From assembly GCA_038065475.1 (NCBI GenBank), contig JBBTQY010000015.1, positions 6,608 to 70,607 on the forward strand: 64,000 nt of DNA, written 5' to 3'. The number at the start of each line of letters is the position of its first letter. Position 1 is the stretch's first letter. Below the pieces are notes generated by a model. That model did no database searches. It saw nothing but the letters and a program-made list of their open reading frames with translations, and was not told where the DNA came from. This stretch comes from Patescibacteria group bacterium. GTDB lineage: Bacteria; Patescibacteriota; Minisyncoccia; Ryanbacterales; GWA2-47-10b. Below, piece after piece: positions 28,128 to 38,454 of this stretch. A program made the translations under genes and the position numbers.

Positions 28128-29477
28128 TCAGAACTTGTGAGTCTCTCCAAGACGCGGAGCGCTAGCAGGTATCCCAAGATAATCTCGTATACGTTGCGAG
28201 AGAAAGAGCGCGGCTGACGGCTCACCCTGGACAACAAAAACTTTCTCGAGTGTATCAACGCTTTGCTGCACAAATTCAAGCAACATATTGGTGTCTGCGT
28301 GCGCCGAATATCCGTGAATTGAACGTACCTCGGCGTTAACAAAAACCTTATCACCCATAATATTGACCTGATGCTCGCCGTCCATAATGCGTCGCCCGAT
28401 AGAGCCCGCGCCCTGATACCCGATAAAAAGAATGATGCTATTTTTATCGTGCAAATAACGGCGCGCATGATGCAAGATACGGCCGCCCGTCATCATACCC
28501 GCACCCGCCAAAATCACTTTGGGTCCGCGTACATTATTTATTGCTCTTGATTCATCCGATGTCAGGGTACGATGCAAACCGGGAAAATCAAAAAGATCAT
28601 CCCCTCCTTTAATAATTGCTTTGGCATCAGGGCTAAAGTAACTCATGTGCTTGCGATACACGTCAGTAGCACGGATAGATAGAGGACTATCGAGATACAC
28701 CGGAATGCGTGGTACGCGCCCATGTTCCATAAGTTCGTTAAATTCATAAAGAAGCTCTTGAGTACGTTCGAGTGCAAACGCAGGGATCATCAGCGTGCCA
28801 CCGCGTTTTGCTACATCTTCAATCGCACGCTCAAGTTTTACTTTGCGCTCGCCCGTATCTTCGTGAACACGATCACCATAGGCAGACTCGATAATCATGA
28901 TATTCACCCCCACGATTGATTCGGGAGGATTGAGAAGGGGCATCGGCGTATTACCCAGGTCGCCTGTAAATAAAACTTTCTTGTCGCCAATCTCAAAGAG
29001 CATCATGGCGGAACCCAAAATATGCCCCGCCTCATACAGCGTCACGGCAACGTCGCCAACGGTAAAGCGTTGATGGTAGGGCACGCCCTCCCAAAGCTTG
29101 AGTGCACCTTCGACATCTTCCATCGCATAAAACGCCTCCTCTCCATTGCGAGACGCTTCTTTTTCTAGTACACCCAAACTATCCTCAAGCATCAGTTTAC
29201 CAAAATCTTTTGTCGGAATTGTAGAAAAAATCTTGCCGCGGAATCCATATTTAAAAAGCTTTGGGATACGCCCTGTATGATCAATATGTGCATGCGTAAC
29301 AAAAAGAGCATCGATCGTCGACGGATCATACGGAAACTCATCTACGTTACGCGCAGCACAAAAACGCGGACATTGAAACATACCGCAATCAACAAGTATG
29401 CGCGCCTTTTCTGTCTCAATAAGATAGTTGGCACCCGTCACCTCTTGGGCACCGCCACAAAAAGTAATTTTAAACAT
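28128..29477 (-). CDS. MBL-fold beta-CASP ribonuclease
   Basis: THAHIDHTG, AGHILGS, YSAHAD. Confidence 0.92.
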   Translation of the reverse strand: MFKITFCGGAQEVTGANYLIETEKARILVDCGMFQCPRFCAARNVDEFPYDPSTIDALFVTHAHIDHTGRIPKLFKYGFRGKIFSTIPTKDFGKLMLEDSLGVLEKEASRNGEEAFYAMEDVEGALKLWEGVPYHQRFTVGDVAVTLYEAGHILGSAMMLFEIGDKKVLFTGDLGNTPMPLLNPPESIVGVNIMIIESAYGDRVHEDTGERKVKLERAIEDVAKRGGTLMIPAFALERTQELLYEFNELMEHGRVPRIPVYLDSPLSIRATDVYRKHMSYFSPDAKAIIKGGDDLFDFPGLHRTLTSDESRAINNVRGPKVILAGAGMMTGGRILHHARRYLHDKNSIILFIGYQGAGSIGRRIMDGEHQVNIMGDKVFVNAEVRSIHGYSAHADTNMLLEFVQQSVDTLEKVFVVQGEPSAALFLSQRIRDYLGIPASAPRLGETHKF

Positions 29478-29865
29478 TATGTTTAGTATACCGGCTCGCG
29501 AGCACGGCGACTATAGTCGCAGCGGTAACCGCAAGCGCTATATCGATAATGGTATCTAAAATCCACAACGAGTCAGCAAAACTCGCCTCCCCTACACCAA
29601 AAAATGGCACGTTGTACTGATATTCCAAAATCTCCCAGCAGAGAGCGACGATGGTTGCAAAAAAGATAACGGCAAGCGGATTTGTATAACGCACAAATAC
29701 TAAAAAAAGACAGGCGACCCATGCTCCACCCGCAAAATGCAAAACCAAATCAAGCCACCAGAAGCTATTATACCAATCACGCTCAGGAGAAATGCTCGCC
29801 ACATGCATACCTAAAATCGCTACAAGCGAGATGAGGAAAAGGGCGATGCGGAGCGCCATCGCCAT
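29470..29865 (-). CDS. Hypothetical membrane protein
   Basis: Four TM helices; D..LHF.GG, WE..E and DT..D motifs. Confidence 0.7.
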   Translation of the reverse strand: MAMALRIALFLISLVAILGMHVASISPERDWYNSFWWLDLVLHFAGGAWVACLFLVFVRYTNPLAVIFFATIVALCWEILEYQYNVPFFGVGEASFADSLWILDTIIDIALAVTAATIVAVLASRYTKHNV

Positions 29866-29868
29866 ACT

Positions 29869-30459
29869 CTAGAAAGTAAGATCTTCTTCGGCGCGCCGAT
29901 ATCCATGGATTTCCTCAGGCGCAAACCAGAGAGCTATTTCGTGTGCCGCCTCTTCAGGCGTCTCTGATGCATGTACCAAGTTGTGTACTGAGCGTTTTTC
30001 GCGATTTGCAGATGCTGGAGAATCCACTGAAAAATCACCACGAATGGTGCCCATCTCAGCGTTGGACGGCATGGTATTGCCGGCGATTTTGCGTACCATA
30101 TCGATAGCATGCACGCCCTCTACGATCATTTTGACGACAGGACCTGATGACATAAAATCGAGCAACCATCCGCGTACCATAGGACCAATCTCCTCAGGCT
30201 TCTCGGTACCAAGTTCCTTGATAGGATCGTAGCCGTATTTTTTATACGTGTTGAGTGTCTTCTCGCCGATACGATTTACCCACGTTGGATCTTTGGGATA
30301 ATGCTGGTCAAATTTATCACGACCGGGCAGAACCATCTGGAGCGCAATGACTTTTAAATTACGCTGCTCAAGGCGACGGATAACCTCACCAATAAGGCCG
30401 CGCTTGACGCCATCGGGTTTTACTAAAAGAAATGTGCGCTCTTCTTTTGGATGATTCAT
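29869..30459 (-). CDS. ndk: Nucleoside diphosphate kinase
   Basis: ERTFLLVKPDGVKRGLIGE, GTIRGDF, NLVHAS. Confidence 0.95.
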   Translation of the reverse strand: MNHPKEERTFLLVKPDGVKRGLIGEVIRRLEQRNLKVIALQMVLPGRDKFDQHYPKDPTWVNRIGEKTLNTYKKYGYDPIKELGTEKPEEIGPMVRGWLLDFMSSGPVVKMIVEGVHAIDMVRKIAGNTMPSNAEMGTIRGDFSVDSPASANREKRSVHNLVHASETPEEAAHEIALWFAPEEIHGYRRAEEDLTF

Positions 30460-30513
30460 GGGTTTAAATACACTATGGTATTAGTATCAAGCGTAGCACA
30501 CAGGGAAGGATTT

Positions 30514-31365
30514 TCAAGAACACTGCTGCCACCCCCTTCCATCACTGATAAAACAAAGACGGCCATCTCTATCCGTACGAAACAGCTCTGCACCAACCTT
30601 CAAAATGCGATCGAGCGCCTCCTTGTGCGGGTGACCATATCGATTACTCTCCCCCGCCGACACAACAGCAACCTTGGGGTTCACGCGCTCCAAAAATAAA
30701 TCTGTCGAAGAATTTTTTGACCCGTGATGTGCCACTTTCAAAATATCACTTTGTAGATTTATACCAGAAAGTGCCAAACGAACCTCGTCATCACGCTCGA
30801 TATCTCCGGCCAGAAGTATTTCGTCCTCGCCGTACACTAAACGTGAGACGATCATAACGTCGTTTGCTTTTGATTGAGGTTGATCGCGCTCGCCGCTAGC
30901 GGGCCCCAGAATGTCAATAAAAGCACCGCCGCCCAATATCAATCGATCTCCCGCAGTGGCTACGTGTCGCCCAGCTTCCTCATCAGCTATCAATGCACGT
31001 AGCTCGCGCCATATCGCTGTGTCAGCAACTATGCCATTTTCTATTACCGTACCGACATCATATCTGCGCAACACTTCAGTAAGTCCGCCGATATGATCAG
31101 CATCGGTATGTGTCGCCATTACCATGTCAATCTGCCGATCGTAGAGTGGCATGACTGCAGCAAGCTCGCCGAGTACACGCGCGCCTGCACCACCATCGAT
31201 AAGTACCTGCGCGCCAGAAGGAGTCTCGATAAATATTGCATCGCCCTGGCCAACATTTAAAAACACGACTTTTAGCTTATGCTCCGACTCTGCAAAAACA
31301 ACATACCACGCAAACACTGCGACAGTGACTAAGATAATTAAAATAAAACCTTTCTGACGCTCCAT
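30514..31365 (-). CDS. ComEC/Rec2 beta-lactamase-like domain protein
   Basis: VGQGDA, THTDADHIGG, LKVAHHGS, NRYGHPH; start at ATG 31365 inferred. Confidence 0.9.
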   Translation of the reverse strand: MERQKGFILIILVTVAVFAWYVVFAESEHKLKVVFLNVGQGDAIFIETPSGAQVLIDGGAGARVLGELAAVMPLYDRQIDMVMATHTDADHIGGLTEVLRRYDVGTVIENGIVADTAIWRELRALIADEEAGRHVATAGDRLILGGGAFIDILGPASGERDQPQSKANDVMIVSRLVYGEDEILLAGDIERDDEVRLALSGINLQSDILKVAHHGSKNSSTDLFLERVNPKVAVVSAGESNRYGHPHKEALDRILKVGAELFRTDRDGRLCFISDGRGWQQCS

Positions 31366-31369
31366 ACTA

Positions 31370-32443
31370 TCAGTATAACCGAGCAAACCACTCGACAATA
31401 AAAAGTTGATACCAAAGAATAAGCATGGCGGGAAGACTAACAAACGTTGATACACTACTAGCAAATATACCGACTGCCCCCGCGACAAACGCGCACGCCA
31501 TCGCAATTGGCATGGTTACAATAATCAAAATATTCGCTGGTATGGAAACGATGGACGGCAACCCAAAATAAAAAACGATAAATGGCAACGTGGCAATTTG
31601 TGCCGATAACGTAGTCGAGAGCGCCTCACGTATACCAAAACGCTTTGGTATAAATAGAAATATTCTATCAAAGCGTGGCACCAAAAATATAATACCAGCA
31701 GTAGCCGCAACAGAGAGCTGAAACCCTATATCACCGAAAAGAATACTCGGCTCCCAAAAAAGCATAGCAACCACCGCATACAAAAGCGCACGCCCCGCCA
31801 TATAGTGATGCCCGGCACGACGCACAACCAATACTAAAACACCCATAAGTGCAGCCCGTACCAGCGAGCTTGCAGCTCCCGTAGCAATAACAAAAAAGGC
31901 AATACCAAGTGCTGGCAGGGCGATGCCACGCGAAAGCGATCCAAGATATTCGGCAATGACCGTCACGTTGTACCCTGAGAGTGCTGTCAGGTGTGATGTG
32001 CCCGTCCTACGAAACGCTTGGCGTAATTCGTATGACATACCTTGGCGATCACCCAGCAAAATACCTTTTGCATATGATGCCTCGGGCTCCCGGAGCGCCG
32101 TATCAAGGCCGCCAGCAAAAAGATTGCGCACATATTCGAGTGGCGGCGCTATATGCCTAAAGAAAGAAAACGTTAATGCTTCCCCATCTGCTCGTACAAT
32201 GCCAAAAAGAAAAAATCCCAACACCAACGCTACAACAAATATTTTGCGCGAGAAAAATGCGCCCGCAATACACACACCAAGACCGATGCTGAGCGCTATA
32301 AAAAAGACGCTCGATATGAACGTCCCGAGATCCAAAGCCATACCTGCGATAAACGCAAACGCACTCCACAGCACGACATCGCGCCTCGCAAGATACTCAC
32401 CGAGAGAAATATTTGTATTATTTGTGAGATCTTTGGAGTACAT
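31370..32443 (-). CDS. comEC: ComEC competence (DNA uptake) membrane domain
   Basis: GILLGD, GTSHLTALSGYN, SLVRAALM, GFQLS. Confidence 0.92.
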   Translation of the reverse strand: MYSKDLTNNTNISLGEYLARRDVVLWSAFAFIAGMALDLGTFISSVFFIALSIGLGVCIAGAFFSRKIFVVALVLGFFLFGIVRADGEALTFSFFRHIAPPLEYVRNLFAGGLDTALREPEASYAKGILLGDRQGMSYELRQAFRRTGTSHLTALSGYNVTVIAEYLGSLSRGIALPALGIAFFVIATGAASSLVRAALMGVLVLVVRRAGHHYMAGRALLYAVVAMLFWEPSILFGDIGFQLSVAATAGIIFLVPRFDRIFLFIPKRFGIREALSTTLSAQIATLPFIVFYFGLPSIVSIPANILIIVTMPIAMACAFVAGAVGIFASSVSTFVSLPAMLILWYQLFIVEWFARLY

Positions 32444-32509
32444 CTGTATATTTCAAATCAGTTCTCCAACCAATCTCATCAAATAGTACGGATATTTCTT
32501 TGTAAGATT

Positions 32510-32950
32510 TTATAGTAGGGATTTTTGTGTACCTCGATCAAGTGCCTCGTTGACCATGCGGTCAGCATCTTTGTTTCTCTCGCGCGGCACGTGTACAAAT
32601 GATACTTCGCCAAAATCAATCATCAAATTCCATACCTTCAAAAAAAGAGGTACGATATTTTCATTTTCTACTTTATATTCGTGATTGAGTTGGCGACATG
32701 CAAGTTCTGAATCCATGCGTATCTCCATCTGCATAGTTTTTGTTTTATCCTTTCCAAAAAGCTGTTTTGCCTTTTTGAGTGCATAGATAATCGCCTCATA
32801 TTCAGCTTCATTGTTTGTTCGCACACCAAGCGGCTCGCCATATTGTTTGGTCACATGACCTTTCTCATCGACAAATGCAACCCCAAGTGCCGCGGGTCCC
32901 GGATTGCCCCGCGATCCCCCATCGGTATAGGCGATAATTTTTTGATTCAT
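32510..32950 (-). CDS. rnhA: Ribonuclease HI family protein
   Basis: DGGSRGNPGPA, TNNEAEY, DSEL, HVPRERN..AD. Confidence 0.92.
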   Translation of the reverse strand: MNQKIIAYTDGGSRGNPGPAALGVAFVDEKGHVTKQYGEPLGVRTNNEAEYEAIIYALKKAKQLFGKDKTKTMQMEIRMDSELACRQLNHEYKVENENIVPLFLKVWNLMIDFGEVSFVHVPRERNKDADRMVNEALDRGTQKSLL

Positions 32951-32951
32951 T

Positions 32952-33797
32952 TTATTTTACTATTTGAGAACAATCAAAATTCGAGTTATCACCATTTAAC
33001 GAGATCTCTTGCGAATGACCAAGATGATCGACACACCAGTTTTTATCAACAGGCATATATCCTCTAATCATCCATTGACTACCATCTAGAGAAGAGGTGT
33101 GAATATATTGGCCTTTTGCAAGTTTTGTCTCTTCAAAACAAGGATGATTGGGTAATTTAATCAAATGATCTTTTTCTTTACTCAATTCTTTACTCAGTTC
33201 TTGCCAGCGCTCTATTACGCCAGTGCTACTAATTTTGGGATACATCCCAAATGAATCATGATAAAGCTCCATGTACGAACGGAAACCAGACATGTTAGCT
33301 TTAATTGAACTAGACACAGACTTTGACCTCCCAGTATTAACTGCGAATGAAACAAAGATACCGGCAGTTATTGTAGCTAAAATATAAACCAGAATAAGAT
33401 ATATCACGCGTGTATAAATGTCGCGCTCCTGTTTGTCGGCCTTCGATCGATGGACAATACTCACTATTAAAATAAGCATTGGAATAAATAGGATAAAAAA
33501 ACCAACACCTTGTTCGATATAAGGCCATGCTTTAGTTATTCCGTCTACCGAAAGTAAATCTGGCGGACAGACAAACGGCGCAGGTTTATAGAAATTATTT
33601 GCGGTAACTGAGAAAAGTATCGCAATTAATACAACAACAAAAGGAAACAAAGCGGTAAATATAAAAAATCTTTTCGCTTGCTTATCGGCACTTTCCTTAT
33701 AAAAAGCTTTTTTGGGCACATCAAATACAAGCGATGTATACCACGCCAAAAGACTCACCTCTATTACGATGAAAAGCGCGAGAAAGAAAAGTGCCAT
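32952..33797 (-). CDS. Multi-TM protein with a C-terminal pilin-like domain
   Basis: Four hydrophobic helices, then AVNTGRSKS...IKANMSGFRSYMELYHDSFGMYP and WCVD; AT-rich. Confidence 0.6.
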   Translation of the reverse strand: MALFFLALFIVIEVSLLAWYTSLVFDVPKKAFYKESADKQAKRFFIFTALFPFVVVLIAILFSVTANNFYKPAPFVCPPDLLSVDGITKAWPYIEQGVGFFILFIPMLILIVSIVHRSKADKQERDIYTRVIYLILVYILATITAGIFVSFAVNTGRSKSVSSSIKANMSGFRSYMELYHDSFGMYPKISSTGVIERWQELSKELSKEKDHLIKLPNHPCFEETKLAKGQYIHTSSLDGSQWMIRGYMPVDKNWCVDHLGHSQEISLNGDNSNFDCSQIVK

Positions 33798-33799
33798 TT

Positions 33800-34585
33800 T
33801 TAGCTTAAATACCCCACCTGCCGCAACCAATAATTATTCTCCCACTCCCAAAGGGTTTTGGCAGCGTTAAATGCTTTCATGTCATTGAAATAGTACGGAA
33901 ACTCGCGCATCTCGACGACGCCCTCTACCTTACCCCAATCATGCTGGTCTTCCTGGCACGTCTTTTTGCCATTGGGGCGGATTTTTGCGCGACCGCCTTT
34001 CTCGCGCAACTTTGATCCACACAGCGTACATACTTTATGCTGATCAATACGCAAGATCCACCGCGTCTCGATCTGACGTGGGAGTTTGAGTGCCAACTTC
34101 ACCTCATACTCTTGAAGCGCCTGTACATAGGCTGCTGTCTGCAAATTGTATTCAGGATAAAAACCAGTAGACGTTTTGATATCGAGTACACCAAACTTGC
34201 CATCTACCTCGGCGAGCGCATCTACCGTACCCGCATAGCGCTGACGGCCTGACCAAACTTGTTGCTCGATATATTCAGGATGAAAAAATATTTTGCGCTC
34301 GTCGTTGAACTCACAAAAAGCTTCGACTGCGGGTGCGATTTCCGCAGGTATATCTGTTTTTTCGCCTATGGCAATCTTTTGCACAGTCTCGTGTACGAGT
34401 GTCCCCTCGAGAGCTGACTTTTCTTTGACAGCTTCAGCTGCCTCAAAACTACCCATCTCACGGAAAAAGTTTTGGAGCGCTGGTTTTGATTTAACCTCGA
34501 GTATTTTTGTCACACGCGGATACCACCGCCCCCCTATCTCGTAGCCGTTTTTTTCTTTAAAATCGTTGCCATCAATATGCCGCAT
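33800..34585 (-). CDS. PD-(D/E)XK nuclease family protein
   Basis: YPRVTKIL, GT.VH, YAGTVD...LDIKTS, LQ.AAY; Cys/His insert. Confidence 0.85.
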   Translation of the reverse strand: MRHIDGNDFKEKNGYEIGGRWYPRVTKILEVKSKPALQNFFREMGSFEAAEAVKEKSALEGTLVHETVQKIAIGEKTDIPAEIAPAVEAFCEFNDERKIFFHPEYIEQQVWSGRQRYAGTVDALAEVDGKFGVLDIKTSTGFYPEYNLQTAAYVQALQEYEVKLALKLPRQIETRWILRIDQHKVCTLCGSKLREKGGRAKIRPNGKKTCQEDQHDWGKVEGVVEMREFPYYFNDMKAFNAAKTLWEWENNYWLRQVGYLS

Positions 34586-34597
34586 TTGGACAGTATA

Positions 34598-34804
34598 TCA
34601 TTCTCGCTCCACGGTGGGAACGGAAACCGTTGCCATCGGCAACGGAGTGGCCCTTTGTTCGCTTATTGGTTGTTCAAGGTACCGCGCATCTTCTTCTATG
34701 AGATAAACTTGCGCCGCATAGTAGACAACAAGCAAAACAATGAACGCAACGAGCATAAAATAAAGAAACCAACGATTGGGATGAAGAGGTTTGAGCAAAA
34801 TCAT
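34598..34804 (-). CDS. Small single-TM hypothetical protein
   Basis: Fills the operon gap; one TM helix. Confidence 0.55.
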   Translation of the reverse strand: MILLKPLHPNRWFLYFMLVAFIVLLVVYYAAQVYLIEEDARYLEQPISEQRATPLPMATVSVPTVERE

Positions 34805-34816
34805 ATATTTAGTATT

Positions 34817-35956
34817 TCATAGGTTCTTATTTTTGCGAAGAGCATCAATGCCTGGCAAGGTACCATCAGCCAAAAAATCGAGCATAGCACCACCTCCGGT
34901 AGAAACATGAAAGAAACTCTTACCAATCTTCATCTCATCGAGCACTTCGAGCGTATCCCCACCACCAATGATCACCTTGCCTTTTGCGCGCGCAAGCAGA
35001 CGCAAAAGATCGCGCGTCCCCTGATCATGCCCGCCCTCTAAATAACCGAGTGGGCCGTTCCACAAAATAGTTTTGGCGGTACGCACAATATCACCAAGTA
35101 CCGCGATGGTCTGGGGGCCAATATCATAAATAGAGTCGCCCTTCCCTACCTCAAAAGCACTCTCGACCCTGCCCTTGTCTCCAAGTCGCACATCGAATGG
35201 CAACATAATCTTTTTTGAAAGTAAAAAATGTTTTTTGATATCGGGCAAGGCTTTTTTCTCATATAAAGATTTGCCGACCTCAAGATCATGTGCGGCAAGA
35301 AAGGTATTGGCAAGTACGCCGCCGACAAATACTGCATCAGCTCGCGGTACAAATTTTTTGAGAAGTGCAAATTTAGTTTCAAATTTTGCGCCACCAATAA
35401 TAACCAAAAATGGTTTTTGGGGATGAAGGGCGTGTGCCAGGCGTTCTACCTCGCGCCGAAAAAGTGGTCCCGCGTATGACGGCACATATCGCGTCACACC
35501 TACGATTGATGCATGATCACGATGAGAGACACTAAATGCTTCGTTGATATAGATATCACTAAATGAAGCAAGCAGCTTCGCAAAGGCTGGATTGTTTTTT
35601 TCTTCCCCTTTGTGAAAACGGATATTTTCCAGCAGTATAGTGCTCTTTGCAGCGGCACTGCGTATTCGGCTCGCATCATATGAATCATCAAACGCTAGGG
35701 GTACGCCAAGCATTTTGCCAATCACGCGAGAAAGTGGGCGAAGCGAAAGCTGACGTTTTTTTTCATTTTCAATGTGCGCTGCGAGTACAACCTGCGCACC
35801 GCGAGACCGCAATAGCTTAATCGTGGGTGCCGTATGGCGAATACGAAAACTGTCTTTGATGCGGCCGCGCATGAGCGGCTCATTGAAATCAACGCGTACA
35901 AGCACCGTCTTGCCTCGAAGGTTCTTGGGAATGTCTACGAAGTGGTACGAGCGCAT
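34817..35956 (-). CDS. pgk: Phosphoglycerate kinase
   Basis: VRVDFN, LLENIRF, GGAK, WNGPLG, GGGDT, STGGGA. Confidence 0.96.
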   Translation of the reverse strand: MRSYHFVDIPKNLRGKTVLVRVDFNEPLMRGRIKDSFRIRHTAPTIKLLRSRGAQVVLAAHIENEKKRQLSLRPLSRVIGKMLGVPLAFDDSYDASRIRSAAAKSTILLENIRFHKGEEKNNPAFAKLLASFSDIYINEAFSVSHRDHASIVGVTRYVPSYAGPLFRREVERLAHALHPQKPFLVIIGGAKFETKFALLKKFVPRADAVFVGGVLANTFLAAHDLEVGKSLYEKKALPDIKKHFLLSKKIMLPFDVRLGDKGRVESAFEVGKGDSIYDIGPQTIAVLGDIVRTAKTILWNGPLGYLEGGHDQGTRDLLRLLARAKGKVIIGGGDTLEVLDEMKIGKSFFHVSTGGGAMLDFLADGTLPGIDALRKNKNL

Positions 35957-36687
35957 TGGACAATAGCAATAAATGACTTGGGGTTAAGACTCTCGCGACC
36001 CACCAACAATCCGGCAACATCGCGCTCGCGCAAAAAATCAGCAGCATTATCGGGAGCGGTCGAGCCGCCATAGATAACACGGAGTGATTTGGCGCGGGTG
36101 GAACCGAAACGAGCGGCGACTGTTTTTTTAATAAAGAGCGCTGCCTCTGCTGCGTCCTTGGGCGTAGCGGGTTTGTGTCCTGCGCCGATAGCCCAAAGCG
36201 GCTCGTAGGCAACGACGACGCGGCCTATTTCTGATTGTTTAACCGATGCGAGCGAATGCTCAAGCTGAGCTCGAATAACTGAAAAGAAGACTCCATCAGC
36301 GTCACGACGCTCCTCCCCCACGCATACGATAGGAGTGAGTTTGGAATCGAGTGCTCGTCGAACTTTTTTTGCGACAATCTCGTCAGTCTCGTGCATACGT
36401 CTCCGCTCCGAATGACCGACGATCACATACTCTGCGCCAAACGTTTTAAGCATTAACCCTGAGACTTCACCAGTGTAGGCTCCTTCCTTTTCCCAAAAAA
36501 TATCTTGAGCGCCAAGCGCATAGGCGCTAGAACGCGAGAAGAGTGCCAAATAGGGAAAGGGTGGCGCCACCACAACATCAGCATACTTCAATGCAGCACG
36601 CGCACGAGCGAGGGCAGCTAAAAAACGCTGTACTGATGTTTTGTCGTTTGGGTTCATCTTCCAATTGGCTACGATGAGTTTTTTCAT
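35935..36687 (-). CDS. tpiA: Triosephosphate isomerase
   Basis: ANWKMN, GHSERR, AYEPLWAIG, YGGS. Confidence 0.96.
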   Translation of the reverse strand: MKKLIVANWKMNPNDKTSVQRFLAALARARAALKYADVVVAPPFPYLALFSRSSAYALGAQDIFWEKEGAYTGEVSGLMLKTFGAEYVIVGHSERRRMHETDEIVAKKVRRALDSKLTPIVCVGEERRDADGVFFSVIRAQLEHSLASVKQSEIGRVVVAYEPLWAIGAGHKPATPKDAAEAALFIKKTVAARFGSTRAKSLRVIYGGSTAPDNAADFLRERDVAGLLVGRESLNPKSFIAIVQCARTTS

Positions 36688-36688
36688 A

Positions 36689-37708
36689 TTATTGCGCTCC
36701 CCTTAAATATTCCGCCGCTGCCTCGGGCGCTACTTCAATTACGCGAATACCGGCACCGTGCTCGACACCGCCAAAGATTGAAGTCTTGGGTTCAATTTCT
36801 AAATGCCAATGGTAATAGCGATAATCTTGTTTGTCGACGGGAGCAGTATGAATAAAGAAATTGTACGGTACATTGCCAATCACTTTCTTGAGGCGACGCA
36901 GGGCAGCCGTTAACGCATCGGCAAGATATAAACGCTGCTCGGGTGTTATTTCTTCAAAATGTGATCCGTGGTCTCGCGGGAAAATACGCAACTCAAAAGA
37001 TGCGCTTGGCGCATACGGAACGACGATGACAAACTCTTTGTTGTGATAGACAAGTCGCTCCCCCGAGATTTCGTCTGCCGCAATAATTTCACAGTGCACG
37101 CACGTCGCCTTCTTTTCAAACCACGCGCGCGATCCGTTGACAGACTGGCGCACATCATGTGGTACGAATGGCAATGCTAAAATTTGCGAATGCGGGTGCC
37201 AAATCGAGGCGCCTGAGGCCGCACCATGATTATGAAACACAAGCACATAATCGAGGCAATCCTCATCTTTGTGCGCCAAGATTCTGTCTTGGTATGCACG
37301 TATGATAAGCTCTGCCTCCTCTGGTTTCATGTCTGCCAAAAAAGTATTGTGCCCTCGCGGGATTACTACCTCATGAAAACCGACTGCTGCCATCATGCGC
37401 GCCAAACCCTCACCTGGCGGCGTGGGGCAAACGCCTTTATGTTTAGTAACAAACGGATATTTATTTGGGATTACTTGGAGTGACCAAGTTTTTGCAAGTG
37501 GTCCTTTGCCGCGAGCGCCTTCTGCCGTATACCATTCAAGCGGTTCACCATTGCCTGCTTTTTGTGGATCTTCAAATGGACAATCTTTTTTGGGTGTTGC
37601 CTTGCCGATATCAATTTTGAACTGATTGGGTCTGCGTGCGCGGGCGGGTGCTACAAGAACCCAATCTCCGCTCACAGGGTTTTGTCGAAGCTCTGGTCCC
37701 TGATTCAT
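36689..37708 (-). CDS. galT: Galactose-1-phosphate uridylyltransferase-like (HIT fold)
   Basis: RARRP, CPF, NKYP, GASIWHPHSQ, HWH. Confidence 0.9.
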   Translation of the reverse strand: MNQGPELRQNPVSGDWVLVAPARARRPNQFKIDIGKATPKKDCPFEDPQKAGNGEPLEWYTAEGARGKGPLAKTWSLQVIPNKYPFVTKHKGVCPTPPGEGLARMMAAVGFHEVVIPRGHNTFLADMKPEEAELIIRAYQDRILAHKDEDCLDYVLVFHNHGAASGASIWHPHSQILALPFVPHDVRQSVNGSRAWFEKKATCVHCEIIAADEISGERLVYHNKEFVIVVPYAPSASFELRIFPRDHGSHFEEITPEQRLYLADALTAALRRLKKVIGNVPYNFFIHTAPVDKQDYRYYHWHLEIEPKTSIFGGVEHGAGIRVIEVAPEAAAEYLRGAQ

Positions 37709-37714
37709 AAATAT

Positions 37715-38449
37715 TTATTTTTCGTACTGACGCGTGATAAGCCACCAGCGCACCTTAACGGTCTCGAGCAGTACGCCGATGTAGCCCGAAAGTTTTACGT
37801 GACTCGCTGCATCATTCACCCAATAAGCGGGTACAAAAGCAATTGAAAACCCAAAGTGACGCGCGAGCGCCAATGCTTCAATATCAAAACCCCAACGGTC
37901 AATCTTGGATACGGCAAAAATCTTCTCTGCTGATTTTTTATTGAACGCTTTAAATCCGCATTGAGTGTCCCAAATGCCGTAAACCGCTACAATCTGGATA
38001 AAAAGATTTCCCATGTTGCCCATCATCCGTTTTGCAAAAGGCTGAGGTACTGCTTGGCGCGCACCAGGCGCATCTTTTTCATCACGCGAGCAGATGACGA
38101 TATCTTTACCTGCATCAAAAAGTGGCTTCATCTTGGCAAAATGACTAATATCAGTCGAATTATCTGCGTCAGTAAAAAGGCGAACTTGCCCACGAGCCGC
38201 CATCATCCCCTCACGCACGGTATACCCCTTGCCCCGATTTTCTTTGCGATCGATAACATGCACATTATCTTTGCCTGATGCAAACGCTTGGGCAACGCGA
38301 GCGGTGCCGTCTTTTGCGCCGTCGATAGCAATAACAATCTCTGAAGAAAACGTCTGTGTGCCAAGCCACTTCTCTATCGCAGCAAGCGTGGTACTAATAC
38401 GCTTTTCTTCGTTGTATGCGGGTATGATGACCGACAGATAGGGTTCCAT
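37715..38449 (-). CDS. Family 2 glycosyltransferase (polyprenol-phosphate glycosyltransferase-like)
   Basis: IPAYNEE, NRGKG, DAD, DTQCGFK, FDIE. Confidence 0.9.
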   Translation of the reverse strand: MEPYLSVIIPAYNEEKRISTTLAAIEKWLGTQTFSSEIVIAIDGAKDGTARVAQAFASGKDNVHVIDRKENRGKGYTVREGMMAARGQVRLFTDADNSTDISHFAKMKPLFDAGKDIVICSRDEKDAPGARQAVPQPFAKRMMGNMGNLFIQIVAVYGIWDTQCGFKAFNKKSAEKIFAVSKIDRWGFDIEALALARHFGFSIAFVPAYWVNDAASHVKLSGYIGVLLETVKVRWWLITRQYEK

Positions 38450-38454
38450 GTCCC

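Noticed and set aside
30514-31506. ORF-track N-terminal extensions (also on ileS, rplO, rpsN, rpsC, rpsL, infC, 55107-55772, 52362-52910)
   Set aside because: The extensions overlap neighbouring genes or terminators and lack family similarity; downstream starts were used
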